62,772 bases of DNA from Chloroflexota bacterium (lineage in GTDB: Bacteria; Chloroflexota; Anaerolineae; Anaerolineales; Anaerolineaceae). The stretch lies in NCBI GenBank assembly GCA_021789855.1, contig JAJYIW010000001.1, positions 1-62,772 on the forward strand, given 5' to 3'. The notes beneath the pieces are model-generated. The model saw only the letters and a program-made list of their open reading frames with translations. It did no database searches and was not told where the DNA came from. Shown here piece by piece: positions 55,631-62,772 of this stretch. Within the stretch, counting starts at the first letter, position 1; every line of letters begins with the position of its first letter. The position numbers and the translations under genes are program-made.

Positions 55631-57739
55631 ATGTTAACTCAGGCCGGGACAGGCACTCTAAAACCAGATTATATCAACCGCGAAATCAGCTCTCTGTCAT
55701 TTCAAAAAAGGGTTTTTGATGAGGCTCGGGACCGGACCAACCCGCTCCTGGAACGGGTAAAATTCCTGGCAATCCTGGGCTCCAATTTAGATGAGTTCTT
55801 CATGGTGCGGGTAGGCGGGCTGGTCACCCAAAATGCCGATAGTGCAGAATATTTCACCGATGAAATGTCGCCGGCTGAACAACTCAGCGAAATCCATGCG
55901 ATTGCTTCCCGGCTACTGGATGATGCTCAAAATTACCTCCAGACTGCGCTTATTCCGGAGCTCCACCAGGCCGGGATCCATATCCTGAATCTTTCCGAGC
56001 TGGATGACCAGCAACAATCATCCCTCAAGGGGTATTTTGACGAGGTTGTGTTCCCGGTATTGACCCCATTAGCCTTCGACCAGGGCCATCCCTTTCCACA
56101 CATATCCAATTTAAGCATCAACCTGGCCGTCAACATCAAAAACCAGGAGGGTGAATTACGCTTTGCGCGGGTTAAGGTGCCTGATTCGCTGCCATACCTG
56201 GTACCGATCAAATCGCCGGCAGGGAGCGAAGCCCGGATAGGCCCGCACCCTCAGGTATATTTCACCTGGCTGAGCCAGGTGATCAGCGCGAACCTGGGTT
56301 CATTGTTTCCCGGCCTGGAAGTGGTGGAAGCCCACCCATTTCACGTCACCCGGAATGCCGAGATGGACATCCAGGCGTATGAAGATTTGGATTTGTTGGA
56401 AACCATGGAAGCCAGCGTCCGAAAAAGGCGTTTTGGCGCCGTGGTGCGCCTGATGATCAACCCCGGGATGCCGGCCCCTATCCGCGATATCCTGGTCGAA
56501 AACCTGAGAGTCGGGCCAGATTATATCTACACACTCAACGGCCCACTGGTCCTGCGCTACCTGATGCAGCTTTACAAGCTCGACCGGCCCGACTTGAAAT
56601 ACCGCCCTTTTGCCCCGGTCATCATCCCTCAATTTCGCCAGGAGGTGGCCTTGCAGAGCGAGGCGATCTTTGCCGCCATTCGCAAAGAAAACCTCCTGGT
56701 GCACCATCCCTACGAGTCCTTCACCCCGGTGATCGATTTCTTGCTCGCAGCGGCCCAGGATCCGAATGTGCTGGCCATCAAACAAACCCTGTACCGGGTG
56801 GGCAACAATTCTCAAATCGTCAGGGCATTACTGCAAGCCTCACGCGATTATGGAAAACAGGTCGCCGTGCTGGTAGAACTGAAAGCCAGGTTCGACGAGG
56901 AAAGTAACATCGGTTGGGCAAAAATGCTGGAACAGGAAGGCGTTCACGTCACCTACGGGCTATTGGGGCTAAAAACCCATTCTAAAATCGCCCTGGTCAT
57001 CCGCAAAGAGGATGACCATATCCGCCGGTATGTTCACCTGGCCACCGGAAATTACAACCACATCACAGCCCAAATGTATGAGGATTTTGGCCTGTTCACC
57101 TGTGATGATGCCATCGGCGCAGATGCCACAGATTTGTTCAATTACCTCACGGGTTATTCCACCAAAGCCGATTATTGCAAACTGCTGGTCGCGCCGGTTA
57201 ACTTACGCCAGCGGCTGGAGGCCTTAATTCGCCAGGAGATGGAACACAGCCAGCGTGGAGAGCCCGCCCATATCATTTTCAAAACCAATGCGATTGTCGA
57301 CCGGCCGATGATCGATCTGCTCTACGCAGCGTCGCAAGCCGGCGTCAAGATCGACCTGATCGTGCGTGGCATCTGTTCGCTCCGCCCCGGCATCCCTGGC
57401 CTGAGTGACAATATCCGTGTCATCAGCCTGGTTGGGCGCTTCCTGGAGCACAGCCGGATTTATTATTTCCTTAATAACGGCCAGGAAACGATCTTTATGG
57501 GCAGCGCTGATTTGATGCCCCGCAATCTCAACCAGCGGGTCGAGGTGCTTTTCCCCATTGAAGAGCCCAAGATGATCCATCACATTCGCCATGATGTGCT
57601 ACAAACCTATCTGGACGACCGGGTCAAAGCACGCATCATGGAGGCGGATGGCCAATACCACTATCTTCGGCCGGCTGCCGGAGAGCCGGAATTTAACGCC
57701 CAGGAATGGTTTATCAGCCATTCTCTGTCCTCATTCTGA
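55631..57739 (+). CDS. ppk1: Polyphosphate kinase 1
   Basis: 'YINREISSLSFQKRVFDEA', 'FLAILGSNLDEFFMVRV', 'LKTHSKIALVIR', 'HLATGNYN', 'VGRFLEHSRIYYF'. I chose ATG 55631; the track ORF begins at 55541. Confidence 0.93.
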   Translation: MLTQAGTGTLKPDYINREISSLSFQKRVFDEARDRTNPLLERVKFLAILGSNLDEFFMVRVGGLVTQNADSAEYFTDEMSPAEQLSEIHAIASRLLDDAQNYLQTALIPELHQAGIHILNLSELDDQQQSSLKGYFDEVVFPVLTPLAFDQGHPFPHISNLSINLAVNIKNQEGELRFARVKVPDSLPYLVPIKSPAGSEARIGPHPQVYFTWLSQVISANLGSLFPGLEVVEAHPFHVTRNAEMDIQAYEDLDLLETMEASVRKRRFGAVVRLMINPGMPAPIRDILVENLRVGPDYIYTLNGPLVLRYLMQLYKLDRPDLKYRPFAPVIIPQFRQEVALQSEAIFAAIRKENLLVHHPYESFTPVIDFLLAAAQDPNVLAIKQTLYRVGNNSQIVRALLQASRDYGKQVAVLVELKARFDEESNIGWAKMLEQEGVHVTYGLLGLKTHSKIALVIRKEDDHIRRYVHLATGNYNHITAQMYEDFGLFTCDDAIGADATDLFNYLTGYSTKADYCKLLVAPVNLRQRLEALIRQEMEHSQRGEPAHIIFKTNAIVDRPMIDLLYAASQAGVKIDLIVRGICSLRPGIPGLSDNIRVISLVGRFLEHSRIYYFLNNGQETIFMGSADLMPRNLNQRVEVLFPIEEPKMIHHIRHDVLQTYLDDRVKARIMEADGQYHYLRPAAGEPEFNAQEWFISHSLSSF

Positions 57740-59170
57740 GGACGGCAACGGCTCTCTCTGGCGTAAGCCCCAACCATTGATCAGGTAAGCCACGGTCAAT
57801 AAAACAAACAACCCATCGCGCAGAGCGATAAAGAGCATAAATCCTGGATAACCTGGCAAATCCGTCATATTCAAGGTTAATGCGTAGTACCCCGGGTAAA
57901 TGATCAGCGTCAGGAGGGAAATTCCTCCCCACAGGATCCACCATTTGCCATGTCTGGCGCCGCTATAAGCCAGCAATGGGATCAACCAGATAAGATATTG
58001 GGGACTGAACACCTTGCTGGCGGAGAGTAAGATCAACAGGGTGGCGATAGAAGCCTGCACGGCATCCATCTTTTTCTGCCACATCATCGCTAAAATCGAG
58101 ATATACCCGGTTATCATGACAATCGACAGGCCCCGCGAGATACCCACGGTTAATGGGCCCATCAGATTGAGCGAATTTAAGTCCCTGATCCAATAGATAG
58201 GCAATCCGAACAGCGAAATAACCCACTCAATCACGCTCCCGGTGGATTCCGCCTGGAATGAGCGAAAATAAAATGAAGCCAACGAGCTTAAAACCGCATT
58301 TTTAAAATCCCACCACCCAAACAGGCCGGTGATGATCACCATCACACCAAGCCCCACCAACAGGTTTTTATAGGTCCAATGGTGCAATCCCCGTAACGAT
58401 TGCCAGACGTTTCTGGGGAAAGTCCGGATGGTCACCGGAGCATCAGGAAAATAAAAAGCCGGGTTGTTAAGCTGTTCGGCGATAAATACAAAGGGGAACA
58501 ACAAAGCAGGATATACCTTAACCATCGTTCCAAAGGCCAGGGAGATATAAGCCAGCGCCCAATGTTTCTTTTCAGCCCAAATTAAGCTTAATAAAGTCAA
58601 ACCGGCCGGAATCAGGTCAAAACGCGAAAAGGCTGTGCCCCCTGCGCCAATAAGCAGGTACAATGCAAATATCGCGGGGGAACCGCGCGGCCCAAATCTC
58701 AATAAAAGCCAATAAATCAAAGCAGCCGCCAGCGCCATTTCCACGGCAAACTTGATCGCATACGAGAGGTGTGGAACAAGAAGGGGCAGAGAGAAAATCG
58801 CCAGGGTCAGGGGTGGATATTCAATAGGGAAAGTGTGATATTGGATAAACTGGTACATGAACTGGCATTGGTCAGCTGGTAAAAGACCAAAGACCTGGGT
58901 GCCATGCCAGAAAACTGTGGCATAACATTCGTAGCGTGATATATCATTCATTGGGACAAACGATTCGATCAGCGCTGCAATAAGGAGAATGAGTCCGGCG
59001 ACTAACAAAGGGAGATAGGCTAAAAATCCCTTCTTTGCATAGAGAATCTTCCCCACCCAATCTGAGCTCTCATGTTTCCAATGGATCTCCTGGTCCATTT
59101 TTGGCGCACTGTGCATAGTCGATTGTCCTGTACTCGCCAATTTCCCGCGGGTACAATCCGCTACCCGCAA
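57731..59170 (-). CDS. Polytopic membrane protein, tentatively a GT-C-like (DUF2029/GT87-like) glycosyltransferase
   Basis: About 12 TM helices, with an early loop containing 'NDISRYECYATVFW'. The start is uncertain (ATG 59170, 59116 or 59098). The 3' end overlaps ppk1 by 9 nt (convergent). Confidence 0.4.
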   Translation of the reverse strand: MRVADCTRGKLASTGQSTMHSAPKMDQEIHWKHESSDWVGKILYAKKGFLAYLPLLVAGLILLIAALIESFVPMNDISRYECYATVFWHGTQVFGLLPADQCQFMYQFIQYHTFPIEYPPLTLAIFSLPLLVPHLSYAIKFAVEMALAAALIYWLLLRFGPRGSPAIFALYLLIGAGGTAFSRFDLIPAGLTLLSLIWAEKKHWALAYISLAFGTMVKVYPALLFPFVFIAEQLNNPAFYFPDAPVTIRTFPRNVWQSLRGLHHWTYKNLLVGLGVMVIITGLFGWWDFKNAVLSSLASFYFRSFQAESTGSVIEWVISLFGLPIYWIRDLNSLNLMGPLTVGISRGLSIVMITGYISILAMMWQKKMDAVQASIATLLILLSASKVFSPQYLIWLIPLLAYSGARHGKWWILWGGISLLTLIIYPGYYALTLNMTDLPGYPGFMLFIALRDGLFVLLTVAYLINGWGLRQREPLPSSE

Positions 59171-59394
59171 AGATTGTTATTGGAAGATACCTGCCCCCCC
59201 CAAAGTATAACAGAGGTCAAGCCGTTAAAAGACCCCAAAATGAAGAACAGGGAGATTATTCACCCGAAAGCCTGATATCTTTATAGCCCATCGCGGGTTA
59301 TCAATTATAATAGCTGGCATAACCAGCCTAGGTTTCGTTTCATCTTATAGCCCCAGCATCACGATATCCATTTATTCTAAAGGAGAACTAATCG

Positions 59395-60657
59395 ATGCCT
59401 GAGACCCCCTATAAAACTTACCCGTATCGTTGGGTTGTCCTGGCAGTATTCATGGGGATCAACCTGACCATTCAGATCCTGTGGATTTGTTTTGCTCCGA
59501 TCACCGGCCCGGCTGCCAAATTCTATGGGGTCTCAGACCTGCAAATAGGTCTCCTGGCCATGCTGTTCATGATCGTTTATGTTCCTTTATCCATGCCCAT
59601 CTCATGGATGATTGATACTATTGGCTACCGGAAATCGGTGAGCCTGGGGGCGATCTTGATGGGCATTTTTGGCGTCCTGCGAGGGGCGTTTGCCGGAAAC
59701 TACACCCTGGTGATGCTCTCCACCATCGGTATCGCCGCCGCACAGCCCTTCATGCTTAATTCGATCAGCACCGTGGCGGCTAAATGGTTCCCCATCCAGG
59801 AACGGGCGACCGCGGCTGGCCTGGCGCTTGTAGCCGGTTTCATCGGGATTGCCATCGGGCAGGTCACCTCACCGCTGCTCCTCGAGCAGGTCGGCATGAG
59901 CTGGATGCTGCTCATTTTCGGATCGGTGGCGGCTTTCTCGTCAGTCCTGTTTTTGATATTCACCCGGGAGGCGCCGCCCACCCCACCCTGCCCTGAGGGC
60001 CAGGAGACCCGCGCCTTAATGCTGACCGGGTTAAAATCCATGTTAAAAATGAGGGGGGTGTGGTTCCTGCTGGTGATCTTCCTCTTTGGGATGGGCGTCT
60101 TCAACGGCGTCACTACCTGGATCGAAGATATCGTCCGCCCCAAGGGATTTTCACCTACCCAGGCAGGCGACTTCGGGGGCATATTGCTCATTGGGGGCAT
60201 CATCGGCGCAATTGTCATTCCCGCTCTTTCCGACAAATTCCGTATGCGCAAGATCTTCTTATTAGTGGGGATGGCTTTTGCCATTCCTGGCATGGTAGGG
60301 ATCGCCTTTGTCTCGACCTACCCCCTCATGGCTGCCTCAATGTTCATCCTGGGCTTCTTCTTGATGAGCCTGGCCCCCATCGGCTACCAGTATGGCGCTG
60401 AGATCACTTTCCCCGCTCCCGAAGGCACCTCGAATGGATTATTAAACCTGGCCGGCCAGGTCTCGGTGGTTTTCATTTATGCCATGGAAGCCTTCAAGAA
60501 CGCCGACGGTAGCTTTACCAATTCATTATTGATCCTCGCGGGGCTGATGGTCATCAATGTGCTTTTAATATTAGGGCTGAAAGAGTCGACCCTGATCAAC
60601 CTGCAAACCGCGCCTGAGCTGCCCACCGAGCCCGGCTCTGTTCATATCAGTGATTAG
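59395..60657 (+). CDS. MFS transporter
   Basis: 420 aa, 12 TM helices. GGAG upstream of the ATG. Confidence 0.8.
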   Translation: MPETPYKTYPYRWVVLAVFMGINLTIQILWICFAPITGPAAKFYGVSDLQIGLLAMLFMIVYVPLSMPISWMIDTIGYRKSVSLGAILMGIFGVLRGAFAGNYTLVMLSTIGIAAAQPFMLNSISTVAAKWFPIQERATAAGLALVAGFIGIAIGQVTSPLLLEQVGMSWMLLIFGSVAAFSSVLFLIFTREAPPTPPCPEGQETRALMLTGLKSMLKMRGVWFLLVIFLFGMGVFNGVTTWIEDIVRPKGFSPTQAGDFGGILLIGGIIGAIVIPALSDKFRMRKIFLLVGMAFAIPGMVGIAFVSTYPLMAASMFILGFFLMSLAPIGYQYGAEITFPAPEGTSNGLLNLAGQVSVVFIYAMEAFKNADGSFTNSLLILAGLMVINVLLILGLKESTLINLQTAPELPTEPGSVHISD

Positions 60658-60684
60658 GCTATTTGAACCTGAAAGCCCAGCATT

Positions 60685-61776
60685 ATGCAACCCCTGACCG
60701 GTCTCGAGCGTATCAGCAACATCCTTCAACGTAAGCCCGTTGACCGCATCGGCGTCTTTGAGCATTTTTGGAATGATACCTATAAAAAATGGCAGGATGA
60801 CGGCTTTATCCAGCCCGGCGAGCTTTACGAGGATCATTTCAACTACGACCTGCAGCTATTTTGGCCGTTCAACCTCGTGGCTGACCTGGACTTCATCCCG
60901 CAGACCATAGAAGAAACCGAGGAGACCATCCTCCAACGCGATGGCAACGGCGCTCTTCTGCGCCGGCATAAGCTGCACGATAGCACACCTGAGCATATTG
61001 ACTTCCTGGTAAAAGACCGGGAAGGATGGGAAAAATATGTCAAGCCGCTACTCGTTCCGGACCGCCGGCGGATTAACTTCGAAGGCTACCGCCTGGCCAA
61101 ACGCCAGGCAGCCGAAGCTCACCGCTTCTTCGCCTGGTCCGGAATCAATGTCTTCGAATCGATGCATCCGATGTGCGGCCACGAATACATGCTGATGGGC
61201 ATGGCGCTCGATCCGGGTTGGGTTAAAGACATGGCAGATACCTACTCGCGGCTCACGATTGCGCTCCAGGAAATCTTGTTCGCCGAGGAAGGTTACCCGG
61301 ATGGCATCTGGTACTATGAAGATATGGGCTATAAGCTACATCCCTTCATGTCCCCGGCCATGTACCGCGAGATCATTCAGCCCGCCCACCAACGCACGAT
61401 CGCATGGGCTCACAGCCATCACCTGCCCGTGATCATGCATTCGTGCGGTTACGTTGAGCCGCTCGTCCCGGGAATGATGCAAGCGGGCATCGATTGCCTG
61501 CAAGTGATCGAGGTAAAAGCCGGGATGGATCTGCTGCGCCTTTACCAGACCTATGGGGATCGGCTATCGTTTATGGGGGGAATCGATGTGCGGGTGTTGT
61601 ACAACAACGACACACGCGAAATTGACGCCGAGCTCGAAGCAAAAATTCCACTGGTGAAAGGTCATTATGGCTACGTCCTGCACAGCGACCATTCCATCCC
61701 CAGCAACGTGCATCATGATGTCTACCAGTATTTCATTCAAAAGGGGTTAACGCTGGGGAGCTACAACAACCACTGA
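60685..61776 (+). CDS. Uroporphyrinogen-decarboxylase (URO-D) family protein, MtaA/methyltransferase-like subgroup
   Basis: 'ERISNILQRKPVDRIGVFEHFW' N-terminus, 'MHSCGYVEPLVPGMMQAGIDCLQVIE', 'FMGGIDVRVL', 'VLHSDHSIP'. Confidence 0.65.
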   Translation: MQPLTGLERISNILQRKPVDRIGVFEHFWNDTYKKWQDDGFIQPGELYEDHFNYDLQLFWPFNLVADLDFIPQTIEETEETILQRDGNGALLRRHKLHDSTPEHIDFLVKDREGWEKYVKPLLVPDRRRINFEGYRLAKRQAAEAHRFFAWSGINVFESMHPMCGHEYMLMGMALDPGWVKDMADTYSRLTIALQEILFAEEGYPDGIWYYEDMGYKLHPFMSPAMYREIIQPAHQRTIAWAHSHHLPVIMHSCGYVEPLVPGMMQAGIDCLQVIEVKAGMDLLRLYQTYGDRLSFMGGIDVRVLYNNDTREIDAELEAKIPLVKGHYGYVLHSDHSIPSNVHHDVYQYFIQKGLTLGSYNNH

Positions 61777-61803
61777 CTGCTTTCCAAGAGCCATGATGCT
61801 ATA

Positions 61804-62622
61804 ATGGATCGTATGAGATACGAGATAGTACATGACCTGCAAATCCCCAAGATTGGCTTTGGAACCTGGACGATCGGGGGCCGGGGTGCTCCAGACCCCT
61901 CGTCGGATGAATCATCCCGGGCAGCGCTGCGTTCGGCCCTGGCATTAGGCTACACCCACTTCGACACGGCCGAAAGTTACGCCGCCGGCCACGCTGAAGA
62001 GCTCCTGGGCCAGGTCCTCCATGACCTGCGCATACCCCGCGAGTCGGTCTTTGTCACTTCTAAGGTAGCGCCCGAGCACCTCCAGTACGACGACGTGCTG
62101 CGCCGTTGTGAAGCCAGCCTGCGTCGCCTGGGCTTGGATTATCTTGACCTGTACCTGATCCACTGGCCTAGAGTGGGGATGAAGCTGGAAGAGACCTTCC
62201 GCGCACTCAACCAGCTGGTGCGGGAAGGAAAGGTGCGCCACCTGGGCGTCAGCAACTTCAACCTGAGATTGCTCAAAAAAGCCGCGTCTCTCTCAGAAAC
62301 CCCTTTGCTCACCGATCAGGTTTCATACAGCCTTCCCGACCGGACTTACGTAAAGAACGGCGTGCTGGATTTTTGCCAGCAAAACGATATCCTGCTCACC
62401 GCCTACAGCCCGGTCAAACGCCGCAATATCCGGGGCAATAAAACCCTCCAGTCCATCGCCCAGGCGCGTGGAGTCACCAGCGAGCAAGTTGCCCTGGCCT
62501 GGCTGACGATGCAACCGCGGGTCATCACCATCCCGATGTCATCCAACCCCCAGCACCAGGCACAGAACCTTGCGGCAGCAGACCTGGTTCTGAGCCCGGA
62601 GGAGGTAGAGCGTCTTAAATGA
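61804..62622 (+). CDS. Aldo/keto reductase
   Basis: 'IPKIGFGTW', 'GYTHFDTAESY', 'VTSKV', 'LDYLDLYLIHWP', 'VRHLGVSNF'. Confidence 0.9.
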   Translation: MDRMRYEIVHDLQIPKIGFGTWTIGGRGAPDPSSDESSRAALRSALALGYTHFDTAESYAAGHAEELLGQVLHDLRIPRESVFVTSKVAPEHLQYDDVLRRCEASLRRLGLDYLDLYLIHWPRVGMKLEETFRALNQLVREGKVRHLGVSNFNLRLLKKAASLSETPLLTDQVSYSLPDRTYVKNGVLDFCQQNDILLTAYSPVKRRNIRGNKTLQSIAQARGVTSEQVALAWLTMQPRVITIPMSSNPQHQAQNLAAADLVLSPEEVERLK

Positions 62623-62772
62623 TGTTGACTCCCCAGGTCCAGGTCATCCCTAAACCGGATGTTGAGCCGGCCCAGGAGACTCTTCTGGAGCCGATGTACC
62701 GGGTCATTATCCACAATGACGATGTCACCCCGATGGACTTTGTCGTTATCATCCTCGAACGCATCTTTTTCA
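62619..62772 (+). CDS. clpS: ATP-dependent Clp protease adaptor ClpS (3' end cut by the window)
   Basis: It is not in the ORF track because there is no stop in the window. Reading from ATG 62619 (ATGA overlap with the AKR stop) gives 'MMLTPQVQVIPKPDVEPAQETLLEPMYRVIIHNDDVTPMDFVVIILERIFF', the ClpS core signature. Confidence 0.8.
   Translation, partial: MMLTPQVQVIPKPDVEPAQETLLEPMYRVIIHNDDVTPMDFVVIILERIFF

Overview
This is a 62.8-kb bacterial chromosomal fragment, gene-dense on both strands. It is mostly high-GC (roughly 55-60% by eye) with one sharply AT-rich insert of about 4.3 kb. I recognised no rRNA, tRNA, CRISPR array, transposase or integrase. The gene content fits a Chloroflexota/Anaerolineae-like organism: GT-C/GT4 surface-glycan genes, GAF-rich c-di-GMP enzymes, an archaeal-type family B polymerase, Pro/Thr-rich secreted proteins and palindromic intergenic repeats. 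That assignment is inference only. Layout: (i) 1-12.6 kb is a cell-surface glycan locus. It holds GT-C, GT1/GT4 and GT2 transferases, two divergent GDP-mannose 4,6-dehydratase paralogs, and an AT-rich insert carrying an inverted pair of GH26-like hydrolases plus another GT-C. (ii) 12.6-19.8 kb is a four-gene minus-strand operon: GAF-GGDEF cyclase, SAM methyltransferase, GH3-family adenylating enzyme, 7TM-GAF-HD-GYP phosphodiesterase. (iii) 20.0-24.5 kb holds an MFS transporter plus a vWA/PP2C/Ser-Thr-kinase triad. (iv) 24.6-29.5 kb holds two tandem GH94 phosphorylases. (v) 29.5-32.7 kb is a three-gene cassette: Walker-A-less RecA-like protein, small helical protein, and a family B DNA polymerase with degenerate exonuclease motifs. 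(vi) 32.7-38.3 kb is a Dlt-like carrier-protein-dependent acylation operon (acyl-AMP ligase, ACP, two SGNH-like proteins, MBOAT). (vii) 39-43.3 kb holds Ldh_2 dehydrogenase, cNMP-binding protein, NifU-like protein, and a ChlI/ChlD-type chelatase gene pair joined by an A_AAA_AAG -1 frameshift site. (viii) 43.5-62.8 kb is housekeeping: rpsA, M16 peptidases, acpS, dus, ppk1, transporters, AKR and clpS (cut by the window end). The best novelty candidates are the PolB cassette, the chelatase recoding site, the GH3/methyltransferase-containing c-di-GMP operon, the Dlt-like operon and the vWA-PP2C-kinase triad. All functional calls come from reading motifs in the supplied translations; no database search was possible.
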